A stretch of DNA of 63,829 nucleotides from contig JAGDXO010000027.1 in the NCBI GenBank assembly GCA_023256615.1, forward strand, positions 1 through 63,829. Direction: 5' to 3'. Each line of letters begins with the position of its first letter. Position 1 is the stretch's first letter. The notes below the pieces were generated by a model, which had not been told where the DNA came from, made no database searches, and saw nothing but the letters and a program-made list of their open reading frames with translations. The translations under genes and the position numbers were made by a program. Positions 19,572 to 28,908 of this stretch are shown here, in pieces. The stretch is from Thermoplasmata archaeon (lineage in GTDB: Archaea; Thermoplasmatota; Thermoplasmata; Thermoplasmatales; GCA-001856825).

Positions 19572-19989
19572 GAAGTATAGGGGAAGCCTTTACGGTAGGG
19601 GAAAGAAAGCAGGAAGAGGAAAAGGCAAGAGAGGAGGATCCGGGATGGCGGGACTCGGAAAGCACAGATGGATCTGGATGGTCAAGTACATGCCGGATCA
19701 TTATGGGGCCCACGGGTTCGTATATCATGGAGCAAAAAAAGAGCCTAAAGCAATAAATGTAGGGGAAATTGATAGAAAGTACGATTATCTTGTTAATTCA
19801 GGCGTTGCTACTATGAAAGACGATAAGATTTCCCTGGATCTGGAACAGATGGGTTATGATATTCTTCTCGGTGCCGGTCAGGTAGGAAGGCCCTTTCATC
19901 TGAAAGTAGCTAAGGCCACCGAAAAAGCTATACAAAAAATTAGGGATGCAGGCGGAGAGGTAGAACTTAATGGAGATAAAGAGGAATAG
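19543..19989 (+). CDS. rpl15: 50S ribosomal protein uL15
   Basis: RGKGKRGGSGMAG, GAHGF, KI..AGG. Confidence 0.96.
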   Translation: MVKLVKQKTKKYRGSLYGRGKKAGRGKGKRGGSGMAGLGKHRWIWMVKYMPDHYGAHGFVYHGAKKEPKAINVGEIDRKYDYLVNSGVATMKDDKISLDLEQMGYDILLGAGQVGRPFHLKVAKATEKAIQKIRDAGGEVELNGDKEE

Positions 19990-21721
19990 GGCTTCGGCAA
20001 TTCCGATTTTAATAATATTCCTCTTAAATATATACCTATTTTATAGGGCATTAGATTACAATAAGGTATATACAGCCGTGTTATCTGTCACGGTTGCACC
20101 TTTATATTATCTGACTTACTTACTGATTTCTTACACAGGTGAAGGATCAAGATTATATGGATGGAAAAATCTGGTGGAAAGACTTCCAGCAGTCAAGAAG
20201 CCAGGAAGACACGTTAGGTTCAAGGAAAAATTCCTCTGGACCTCGCTTATATTGATAATATACTTCGTCCTGTCAAATATTTACATATATGGTCTCGACA
20301 GAGCACAGATAATTGATGTATTTGCATCATTCAGATCAATTTTTGCTGGTCAGGCCGGTTCAATTATGGATCTTGGGATAGGGCCTATAGTTACAGCAAG
20401 TATAATCATGCAGCTTTTTGTGGGTGCAAAGATCATAAATATAGATCTGACGAAATCTGATGACAAGGCATTATATCAGAGCGCTCAGAAATTACTTGTT
20501 ATACTTATGATATTTGTGGAGGCTGTACCGCAAGTTTTTGGATATTTGCCACCTGATCCATCATTTATTTCCGCCATAAATGGTACAGTTCCTGGTTATG
20601 GTCTCATGATAGCCAGAATCTTCATAATATTCCAACTTTTCATGGGATCATATCTTGTGTTTATGATGGATGAGGTAGTATCAAAATGGGGAATAGGGTC
20701 TGGAGTTTCACTGTTCATAGCAGCTGGTGTTTCTCAGGCACTCATAACAGGTACCCTTAACTGGGTTCCTACGGGATCCGGCCCACTTTCTATATCCAAT
20801 CCCCCAAGCGGAGCAATTCCAAAGACATTCTACTTGCTCTCACAATTTAATGCAGGAAATCTTTATTCCGGTGGTCTTGAAAGAATAATATTTGCTCCCC
20901 CAAATCCCCTCATAGCTCTAGCAGGAACTATTTTCATATTCTTCCTCGTTGTATGGGTGCAATCTGTTAAGGTTGAATTACCTCTGGCCCATGAAAGGGC
21001 AAGGGGTGCGAGAGGAAGATATCCAATACAATTGATGTACGCTTCAAATATACCAGTCATACTGGCAGCCGCAGTACTGGCAAATTTAGCAATGTGGTCT
21101 TTACTTTTCTGGACTAATCCAACTCTCGCTAAGATTCCCATTCTCGGTCATGATTATTACCTGGGCGCCTATCCTTCAGCTTCACTTGCACAGCAGCTCA
21201 ATATACAGCAGACCACACCCATAGGAGGTCTTGCATGGTATCTCGCAAATCCAAACGGTCTAGCAAACTGGTTATTCCCTATGCTTGATCCACAGGTTTA
21301 CCAAACTCAGTTGTTCAATCACCCTCCATGGGAAATGGGTATTCATGTTCTGGCTTATGTCGCGTTCATGGTAGGAGCGTCAGTATTGTTTGCAAAATTC
21401 TGGATTGAAACGACGAACATGAATTCAGAAGGCGTTGCCAGACAGATTCAGAGCTCAGGTATGCAAATTCCCGGATTCAGAAGGGACCCACGCGTACTTA
21501 AAAGAGTTCTGGACAAATATATACCTGCAATCACGGTATTCAGTGGTGCAGCGGTAGGTGCTTTGGCTGCAAGTGCAGATCTTATTGGGACTGTGGGGAA
21601 TGCTTCCGGCACAGGGGTGTTGCTGACTGTGGGAATAGTAATACAGCTCTACCAGGCCATGGGAAGAGAACAGATGACAGAAATGTATCCATTCATGAGA
21701 GACTTCTTCGGAGGCATGTAA
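19970..21721 (+). CDS. secY: Preprotein translocase SecY with N-terminal hydrophobic extension
   Basis: LGIGPIVTASII, KWGIGSGVSLFI, YASNIPVIL, IPGFRRDPR, GTGVLLTV. Confidence 0.97.
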   Translation: MEIKRNRASAIPILIIFLLNIYLFYRALDYNKVYTAVLSVTVAPLYYLTYLLISYTGEGSRLYGWKNLVERLPAVKKPGRHVRFKEKFLWTSLILIIYFVLSNIYIYGLDRAQIIDVFASFRSIFAGQAGSIMDLGIGPIVTASIIMQLFVGAKIINIDLTKSDDKALYQSAQKLLVILMIFVEAVPQVFGYLPPDPSFISAINGTVPGYGLMIARIFIIFQLFMGSYLVFMMDEVVSKWGIGSGVSLFIAAGVSQALITGTLNWVPTGSGPLSISNPPSGAIPKTFYLLSQFNAGNLYSGGLERIIFAPPNPLIALAGTIFIFFLVVWVQSVKVELPLAHERARGARGRYPIQLMYASNIPVILAAAVLANLAMWSLLFWTNPTLAKIPILGHDYYLGAYPSASLAQQLNIQQTTPIGGLAWYLANPNGLANWLFPMLDPQVYQTQLFNHPPWEMGIHVLAYVAFMVGASVLFAKFWIETTNMNSEGVARQIQSSGMQIPGFRRDPRVLKRVLDKYIPAITVFSGAAVGALAASADLIGTVGNASGTGVLLTVGIVIQLYQAMGREQMTEMYPFMRDFFGGM

Positions 21722-22270
21722 ATGAAGGTCATTATAGGTGGAATCCCTGGCGTCGGAAAGACGACAGTTCTGAATGTGCTCATCAAGAGTGGCATAATTG
21801 TGGAGAATTATGGTGACGTGATGCTTAAGGAAGCAATAAAGATGAACTATGTAAAGAACAGGGACGATCTTAGAAAACTTCCCATAGATATTCAGAAAAA
21901 TATTCAGAAAAAAGCATCAGAATATCTATCAGGATTAAGCAGTGTCGTTATAGACACTCATTTCTCTATTCAGACACCGAGGGGTTTCCTTCCCGGTCTA
22001 CCACCTGACGTACTTCAAATTCTGAAACCTGATCTATTTATTTCCATTGAAGCAGATCCCCTGGAAGTGTTTGAAAGAAGAAAGAACGATCAGCAGAGAA
22101 ACAGGGATGATGATTCACTAGATAAAATTAGAAGACACATGGAAGTCAACAGGGCGTATGGGATATCTTATTCAGCAATCACGGGTTCTCCAATAATGAT
22201 AGTAATGAACGAGAATGGAAAACATGAGGAAGCTGCCAATCAAATTATTAAAGTTATAGGAGGAAAATAA
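21722..22270 (+). CDS. adkA: Archaeal adenylate kinase
   Basis: GIPGVGKTT, DTH, GFLPGLP; follows secY. Confidence 0.95.
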   Translation: MKVIIGGIPGVGKTTVLNVLIKSGIIVENYGDVMLKEAIKMNYVKNRDDLRKLPIDIQKNIQKKASEYLSGLSSVVIDTHFSIQTPRGFLPGLPPDVLQILKPDLFISIEADPLEVFERRKNDQQRNRDDDSLDKIRRHMEVNRAYGISYSAITGSPIMIVMNENGKHEEAANQIIKVIGGK

Positions 22271-22953
22271 TGCCTGCAACTCAGCCCGCCCAGAGTAAGG
22301 AACAGATGGAGGCAATGCAGAAAACGATGAGAACACAGCTTCTATATTTTTTCATAATGATACTTCTTTTATTTGTTTACACCACTCCAGTTCTGAGATA
22401 TCTATTCAGTCTACCCATGATATACATTCTTCAACCATTTATTGGATTTAATTTCCAATATCCTCTTTTTACCATTTTACTTGCTTCATTAATAACCGGT
22501 ATAGTTAATACAGTAGCAAGGCATTTCTTTATGGATTATTTTAAAATGGCAGAAATGCAGTTCAAAAATAAAAAACTAAGTGCAAGATACAGGGAGGCTA
22601 TAAGAACCAAGAATAAACAGGAAATAGATGCCGTTAGAGCTGAACAGAGCAAGTCTATGCAGGATTCTATGCAGGTAACGCAACAGCAAATGAAACCGAC
22701 TTTCATAACTCTTATTCTTAGCGTTCTGATATTTGCCTGGATGATTGGATTTATGGATCAGGTTAAAACAATTGGAAAGGCCATTATTATATCACCATTC
22801 GGTCCTGTAGATCTCATGCATCTTTACTATGGGTTTTACCTCTGGATAGCATTCTATTCATTATTCACCATAATAATAACATATCCCCTACAGTATGGAC
22901 TAAAATTGTACTATCTTAAAAAGAGCATAAATACACAGAGTGTCTCGGCATGA
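22270..22953 (+). CDS. DUF106/EMC3-TMCO1 (Oxa1 superfamily) membrane insertase
   Basis: TM, coiled coil, QQMKP, TMs, W..FY; conserved position after adk. Confidence 0.85.
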   Translation: MPATQPAQSKEQMEAMQKTMRTQLLYFFIMILLLFVYTTPVLRYLFSLPMIYILQPFIGFNFQYPLFTILLASLITGIVNTVARHFFMDYFKMAEMQFKNKKLSARYREAIRTKNKQEIDAVRAEQSKSMQDSMQVTQQQMKPTFITLILSVLIFAWMIGFMDQVKTIGKAIIISPFGPVDLMHLYYGFYLWIAFYSLFTIIITYPLQYGLKLYYLKKSINTQSVSA

Positions 22954-23516
22954 AAATTACTGTATCTGGGCCACCAGGAAGTGGAAAAACCACTGTCTCT
23001 CAAATTCTTTCTAAGAAACTTGGGTATGAACTGATCACAGGGGGTGCTATTTTCAGGAGTTATGCGTCAGAGAGAAATATATCTCTCTCAGAAATGGGTC
23101 AGAGGGCTGAAAAGGATCCAGAATTTGATAAGGAGCTTGACTCCTATCTATTGAAGATACTCAAGGAGAAGGACAATATAGTTGTAGAGTCGAGGCTTTC
23201 CGGATGGCTTTGTCACATCAATAAAATAGAAGCCTTCAAGATATTCCTAACCGCAAGTGAAAGTATAAGAATAGGAAGAATAAGGTCTTCTATCAATGAA
23301 CGGAGGGAAGAACAAACAGGGGATATATCCTCTCTGATTAGGGAAAGGGAAGAGAGCGAATGGAAAAGATATCACAAATACTATAATATAGATTTTAAAG
23401 ATACATCAATATATGACGCCGTTATTGACAGTTCGGAAAAAAATCCGGAAGAAGTAGTGGAGGTGATTATCAGTGCCCTGGATATTTGGAAAAGAACCCA
23501 AAGAAAGAACTATTGA
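22950..23516 (+). CDS. cmk: Cytidylate kinase
   Basis: ITVSGPPGSGKTT, ESRLSGW, RE.SE..RY..YY.ID. Confidence 0.95.
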   Translation: MKITVSGPPGSGKTTVSQILSKKLGYELITGGAIFRSYASERNISLSEMGQRAEKDPEFDKELDSYLLKILKEKDNIVVESRLSGWLCHINKIEAFKIFLTASESIRIGRIRSSINERREEQTGDISSLIREREESEWKRYHKYYNIDFKDTSIYDAVIDSSEKNPEEVVEVIISALDIWKRTQRKNY

Positions 23517-24372
23517 AGAGAGGCTCAATTTCAGTTTTGTCGTTATTGATAAACCTAGAGGTCCAACTTCTCACCAGGTATCAGCCTGGGTCAGATCCAT
23601 GCTGAATTTGAAAAAGGCAGGGCACGTTGGAACACTGGATCCCAATGTAACAGGTGTTCTACCTGTGGGTCTTGAAAAGGCAACAAGATTAGCAGATTAT
23701 CTACATGAAGAAGGGAAGGAGTATATTGCACTGATGCTACTTCACAAGGAGATTCAAAGGGAAAAGGTGGAAGATGTATTCAGAGAATTTACAGGAGAAA
23801 TATTTCAATTTCCCCCCGTCAGATCTGCAGTTGCCAGAAATTTAAGGAAAAGGAAAATTTACTCCCTCAGGATTTTAGAAATGAAAGAAAGATACGTCCT
23901 GTTCAGGGCTAATGTTGAATCAGGGGTCTATATCAGGACGTTATGCAGGGATATTGGAGATGCGTTACTGGTGGGGGCAAATATGGTAGAATTAAGAAGA
24001 ATCAGAAGTGGTCCTGTGGATGAATCCAATATGGTTACTCTTCAAAAGTTAAAGGATGCATATACTTTCTACAAGAATGGAGACCCACAAATGTTATCAT
24101 CTATATTAATAGATCCAGAAGATGTAACAACAAACTTTCCAAAGATTACAATAAAGGATAGCGCCATAGATGCTATGGCACATGGTTCAAATGTTTTCCG
24201 AGCTGGAATTCTCGAGGATAATGGAGAAGGGAGCATGGTAAGAATAATGAGCACAAAGGGAGAACTTCTTGCTATGGGGAGAAGGGATAATGGTTTTATT
24301 AAACCGGAAGCAGTTTTTGTCGACAGGGGTACATATCCAAAGGCATGGAAGTCAGAACACGATATAAAATAA
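23473..24372 (+). CDS. cbf5: H/ACA pseudouridine synthase Cbf5 (TruB family)
   Basis: DKPRGPTSHQV, GTLDP, PPVRSAV, GVYIRTLC, PUA domain. Confidence 0.95.
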   Translation: MPWIFGKEPKERTIEERLNFSFVVIDKPRGPTSHQVSAWVRSMLNLKKAGHVGTLDPNVTGVLPVGLEKATRLADYLHEEGKEYIALMLLHKEIQREKVEDVFREFTGEIFQFPPVRSAVARNLRKRKIYSLRILEMKERYVLFRANVESGVYIRTLCRDIGDALLVGANMVELRRIRSGPVDESNMVTLQKLKDAYTFYKNGDPQMLSSILIDPEDVTTNFPKITIKDSAIDAMAHGSNVFRAGILEDNGEGSMVRIMSTKGELLAMGRRDNGFIKPEAVFVDRGTYPKAWKSEHDIK

Positions 24373-24443
24373 AGATATCCAAGAATAGCTTAATCTAATA
24401 TAAGGAAGGAAAAAATGTTTATTTTAATCGTAATATAGTAAAA

Positions 24444-25673
24444 ATGACTGAAATACTGATTCCCATCCTACTTGCACTGATTCTTGGCTATCTTGCAACT
24501 GTAATAGCTCGAGTTACAGGAACAGTATACATTCCTTATTTACTATTGCTGGGAATTTTATTTGGTCCAGTGCTCTATCTGATAAATCCCAATGAGGCTG
24601 CTTCACTTTTCTATCATTATATAGGACCAATAGGTGCAGCCTTTATAATACTTGATGAATCCAGCAAGATTTCCAGATACACGCTAAGAAGAGTTTGGAA
24701 GCCAACTGTAACGCTTATAACATTCGTTCTCTTTGTGACGGGCATTCTTATAGGGCTTTTTTCAATAATAATTTTAAAAAGCCCAATATGGGTAGGATTC
24801 ATTATTGGAGCAATAATAACCTCAACGGATCCGGCTTCGATAATCCCTTCTCTCAAAAGGAGCAGGGTTGGCGAGATTCCTTCCGTTCTGCTCATAACGG
24901 AGTCAGTTTTCAACGACCCTTTCTCCTACATGTTTTTGGTAGTTGTGATGGCGGTTTTCATGCCAAGTGAAATCAGAATACTGCAGTCCCCCTTCTTCCA
25001 TATTAATAATATAGTGATTTATCTACTCTTAAGTCAGATTTTTATACCCATTATAGTTTCAATTGCTCTTTTTTATTTAATGAGAAATCTTAGGATTTAT
25101 TTTCCAAGAGATTTCAGGGAATATTATACGGCAATGATTTTGCTATTTGGTCTTTCAGTTTACAGTATAACTGTAGCTGTAGGTGGCTCAGGGTACATGG
25201 CAATAGCAATTTTTGGTATTATGTCTGGTAATTATATGCCAAAGGATAAAGAATTGGAAAATTACCAGATTTTCATGGACGATATCACACAATTTTTTGT
25301 AGTTATGATATTTGTGTTCCTTGGAGCGTCTATTGACTTATCCTTCATAAGTAAATACCTTATCGATGGAATCCTCATCGCAGTTTTCCTCATCTTTGGT
25401 ATAAGACCATTATCGGTAATACTTGCCGGTTCGATCGATAGAAATGTTAAAACTTCGGATATGATATTTGTTGGTTTTGAAGGGACCAGGGGAGTTTTCC
25501 CTGCAATACTTGCACCTACAATTCTTATCCTTGGCATAGAAAACAGAAATGCAATATTTACCTACTGGGGTAAAACAATTGAGGCAATAATAATAGTCAT
25601 AATTTTCACATCATTAACAATCCAGCCCTTATTCATGGGTCGTCTTTATTCATACCTAAATAGAAATAAATAG
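24444..25673 (+). CDS. Cation:proton antiporter (NhaP/CPA1)
   Basis: STDPA, ESVFNDP, RP, GTRGV; multiple TM helices. Confidence 0.92.
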   Translation: MTEILIPILLALILGYLATVIARVTGTVYIPYLLLLGILFGPVLYLINPNEAASLFYHYIGPIGAAFIILDESSKISRYTLRRVWKPTVTLITFVLFVTGILIGLFSIIILKSPIWVGFIIGAIITSTDPASIIPSLKRSRVGEIPSVLLITESVFNDPFSYMFLVVVMAVFMPSEIRILQSPFFHINNIVIYLLLSQIFIPIIVSIALFYLMRNLRIYFPRDFREYYTAMILLFGLSVYSITVAVGGSGYMAIAIFGIMSGNYMPKDKELENYQIFMDDITQFFVVMIFVFLGASIDLSFISKYLIDGILIAVFLIFGIRPLSVILAGSIDRNVKTSDMIFVGFEGTRGVFPAILAPTILILGIENRNAIFTYWGKTIEAIIIVIIFTSLTIQPLFMGRLYSYLNRNK

Positions 25674-25707
25674 CAAATATTATAGTTAAAATTCATTATG
25701 GAACAAT

Positions 25708-26670
25708 ATGGAATTCGGAATAATATCTCTGGGAAATCATGCAATGACTAAAATAATTCCTGCAATTATTGATAGTGGAAATAAAATAGGAGCAATCTAC
25801 TCTTCAAATAGGGTTAAAGGTGAAAAGATATCGGAGGATCTTGGAGCTGAATTTTTTGATGATATAGATAAATTATTGAAATATGATTTAGATGCGGTTT
25901 ACATATCTTCACCTAATTTTTTGCATTATCACTACGCTAGTAAGGCGTTAAAATCAGGCAAAGATGTCCTGCTAGAAAAACCTATGACACTGAAGGTTGA
26001 AGAATCCATTGATCTTGTAAATGTTTCTGAAAGTGAAGGAAGAAAACTTGCAATAGGTTTTCATCTAAGATTTCATCCAGGGATTCAGAAAATGAAGGAG
26101 ATATTGAATTCTAGTGATATGGGTAACATTATAGCTGTATATGGTAAATGGACGCACCTCTCATCTCATTCCCTCCCATCAGATTCTTGGTGGGGTATAC
26201 CCGAACAGGCCGGAGGTGGTTCGATAGTTGGAACAGGTGTTCACGTACTGGATAGTTTTGTGAATATTTTGGGGAAGGACATTTTATCCGTAATGGCAAA
26301 AAATCATCCTGCCTGTAAGATAATAGAGGACACTTTTTCTATTAACGTCGTGTTTGGCAATGGAACAATTGCCAATTCACTTTCTTCGAGGAAAATTCCT
26401 TCCACTAACAACGATCTCGTTATTTACGGAGATAATGCGGTACTGAAACTGACAAATGCATATGATACAAAGGTTAAATCCATCCTCTTAAAAGACGAAA
26501 AGGAAATTGGGAAATACGATAGTAAATACGACATGTATCTATCTGAAATAAAGGATTTTTCAGGAAAATCGGAATATATAGCAAATGGGCGAGATGGCGT
26601 TATATCGACCAAATTGCATATATTATCCCAGGAGTCATCTTGTAAAGGCAAAGAGCTAAAATTCCAGTAA
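25708..26670 (+). CDS. Gfo/Idh/MocA oxidoreductase
   Basis: Rossmann start, SPNFLH, LEKP, RFHP, GGG...GVH. Confidence 0.92.
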   Translation: MEFGIISLGNHAMTKIIPAIIDSGNKIGAIYSSNRVKGEKISEDLGAEFFDDIDKLLKYDLDAVYISSPNFLHYHYASKALKSGKDVLLEKPMTLKVEESIDLVNVSESEGRKLAIGFHLRFHPGIQKMKEILNSSDMGNIIAVYGKWTHLSSHSLPSDSWWGIPEQAGGGSIVGTGVHVLDSFVNILGKDILSVMAKNHPACKIIEDTFSINVVFGNGTIANSLSSRKIPSTNNDLVIYGDNAVLKLTNAYDTKVKSILLKDEKEIGKYDSKYDMYLSEIKDFSGKSEYIANGRDGVISTKLHILSQESSCKGKELKFQ

Positions 26671-26739
26671 AAAATGAAAATAAAAATCTGGTTGGAAATT
26701 AGAAAGAAAAATAATTTCATAGATTTTTACAGGAATTAA

Positions 26740-27699
26740 TTATGCAAGAGATTCGGGACAAACATTTTTTCTATAGCAACCCTGACACTTCCCCTTATTA
26801 TTATGATTCCGGTGGGCATCCATAGTATCTCTTACTATTTCCATTTTCTTTATAAGGGATCTTAAAGTTTCCCTCATATTCTCATCTATCTCAATTTCTA
26901 TGTTTCCCTGTGGATATTTTAATATTCCATAATAGACCCGCCTACCATATTTTTCTTCAACAAGTATTGCATAGGCAGTAAGCTGCATCATATGCGAGAA
27001 AGGTTTGATCTTAGGCATATTGCTGCTCTTTATCTCAATAGGTACAATTTCATCGTTAATCTCGGCTATTATGTCTGGCCTTCCCTGAAGTTTCCATTTA
27101 TCACTTCTAAGAAGTTCAGATTGATTATCATCTAGGTATTTTATATCTCTCTCTTCTGGGGGGACTCTGTCTATGATATTTATATTCTTCAGAAGTCTGT
27201 AATAAGCCATTGAATCAGCTATTAGTAGAAGATCGGCTGTTAAAATGAGAACTGGAATGACAATTCCCTTTAGCTTAAGGATAATAAATGTCATAAATAG
27301 TGCAAAAAGGGAAAATATAGAAAGATAGAGAATAATAGGATCAGATTTCTTGAAAAGTGAAAAATTAAAGAAATTTGAGAGAAGGTAAAACCAGACTGCA
27401 ATATAAATGGATAAAATTGAAAGAAGAAGCAGAAAAAGGTAATCTATACTTCCCTTTATCGTATAATAGAAGAATACCACGAGCACTAAAAGGGACAAAA
27501 TAGTCAAGAAATAAAAGAGCGTATTGAGAAATTTTATTCTCTTCTGAATAAGTATATTATGACTAATCTTATCGATCAGACCTTTATGATAAATTTCTCC
27601 TCTTTCAGACTTTGCATCAACACCTTTTAGGTATAACAAATAATTAAGTGGGCAGTACGCAAAACGCTCGATATCGCTCCCAGAAAAATAATCTTTCAT
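26740..27699 (-). CDS. cas4: Solo Cas4-family Fe-S nuclease with internal ~4-TM insertion
   Basis: YC16P, RGxxxH38, GRPD209, E222xK224, Q239xxxY, C305xxC308x5C314; hydrophobic block aa ~57-167. Confidence 0.85.
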   Translation of the reverse strand: MKDYFSGSDIERFAYCPLNYLLYLKGVDAKSERGEIYHKGLIDKISHNILIQKRIKFLNTLFYFLTILSLLVLVVFFYYTIKGSIDYLFLLLLSILSIYIAVWFYLLSNFFNFSLFKKSDPIILYLSIFSLFALFMTFIILKLKGIVIPVLILTADLLLIADSMAYYRLLKNINIIDRVPPEERDIKYLDDNQSELLRSDKWKLQGRPDIIAEINDEIVPIEIKSSNMPKIKPFSHMMQLTAYAILVEEKYGRRVYYGILKYPQGNIEIEIDENMRETLRSLIKKMEIVRDTMDAHRNHNNKGKCQGCYRKNVCPESLA

Positions 27700-27701
27700 C
27701 G

Positions 27702-27866
27702 TTAAAGATTTTCGAATTCCTCACTTATATCCACGATAACCTGTTCCATTAGTTTTTCGATATTTCTTGAGGAGAATTCTCTTAAACCACCCATCTCGCT
27801 CTTAACTTTCGCAACGTACTTTTTATTGTCAAGATAAATATCAAAATGTACCAAAAGTTCTTCCAT
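27702..27866 (-). CDS. Small acidic protein (54 aa) directly upstream of cas4, absent from ORF track
   Basis: Own translation MEELLVHFDIYLDNKKYVAKVKSEMGGLREFSSRNIEKLMEQVIVDISEEFENL; stop 2 bp before cas4 ATG; AT-rich TATA-like element ~25 bp upstream. Confidence 0.7.
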   Translation of the reverse strand: MEELLVHFDIYLDNKKYVAKVKSEMGGLREFSSRNIEKLMEQVIVDISEEFENL

Positions 27867-28183
27867 GAATGGCGATTGATAAGGGATATTTATTTTTAAC
27901 TCAAAAATTTATGATTATCTATTAATGTAAAATATAAGACAGAGGATAATTTATATTAGGCCTCAATGAGTCATGTCCCAATTAAAAAAGTTTAATGTCA
28001 AGCATATTCCAAGTAAGGAAGAACATCTTATCTTATAATATAATTTGAATAACTGAAAACTCATAACTGTCAGTTTCTCCAAAATATTATTTAATATATT
28101 AATATAAAGTTAAAAAGGAAAGTATTTGATTAACTGTAGAATCCGATAGAAGAAAATTTATACAGCTTATTAATACTCTTAAA

Positions 28184-28333
28184 ATGCCGTTCAAAGAAGC
28201 AATGGATAGACTCTTCAATAAGAAGATATGTATGAATTGTTATGCTTCAAATCCTGTAAAGGCAACTAAATGCAGGAAATGCGGGAGCAAGGAACTAAGA
28301 TTAAAAGCTAAAGAGAAAAGGGGCGGGCAATAA
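28184..28333 (+). CDS. rpl40e: 50S ribosomal protein eL40, absent from ORF track
   Basis: [49 protein letters not shown]. Confidence 0.95.
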   Translation: MPFKEAMDRLFNKKICMNCYASNPVKATKCRKCGSKELRLKAKEKRGGQ

Positions 28334-28335
28334 AG

Positions 28336-28908
28336 TTACAAAGTTTTCTGTATTGTCAACTCTACGGATTTAATCATTTTTTCTATTTCAAGAGTGGGGT
28401 ATTCCCCTGTTACGGATATATCGTCCGTGGCTGGTAAATGTATGAATCCCACTTTTGCCTTTGAATGATAGAGAGAATAATAAAATATTTTGTTACATAG
28501 AAATGTGCCAGCAGTGAACGAGAGTCTTGAAGGTATTTTGGAAGATCTGAGAGTATGTAATACTTCCCTTACAGGTATGGTTGAAAATATACCATCTGGT
28601 CCATTATCAATTATCTTCCCCTCCTGAGGCGTGAAATTATTTTCATCCTTCTCTGAACCCTGCCAGTTAACAGCTATGACTTCAACTGAAATATAGCTCC
28701 TTCCAGCAGCTAAACCAGTGTTTATTATAACAGAATATTCATTCTTCAATTCCTCTAAATAATTATTAATAGCCTCATGCGTAACATCTAGTTCAAGACC
28801 TCTTACTTCTTCTCCTTTGAAGTAAGAACCATCAAGTAATTTTGCAATCTCCCCGGAAGGATTTTTTTTAAAAGTTGAAAAAGGTTTAAAACCCGTCAGA
28901 AGAATCAT
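28336..28908 (-). CDS. pcp: Pyroglutamyl-peptidase I
   Basis: LLTGFKPF...NPS, AGTFLCN, GFIHLP. Confidence 0.95.
   Translation of the reverse strand: MILLTGFKPFSTFKKNPSGEIAKLLDGSYFKGEEVRGLELDVTHEAINNYLEELKNEYSVIINTGLAAGRSYISVEVIAVNWQGSEKDENNFTPQEGKIIDNGPDGIFSTIPVREVLHTLRSSKIPSRLSFTAGTFLCNKIFYYSLYHSKAKVGFIHLPATDDISVTGEYPTLEIEKMIKSVELTIQKTL

Noticed and set aside
26700..28180. CRISPR array or cas operon near cas4
   Set aside because: No regularly spaced repeats and no other cas genes seen.
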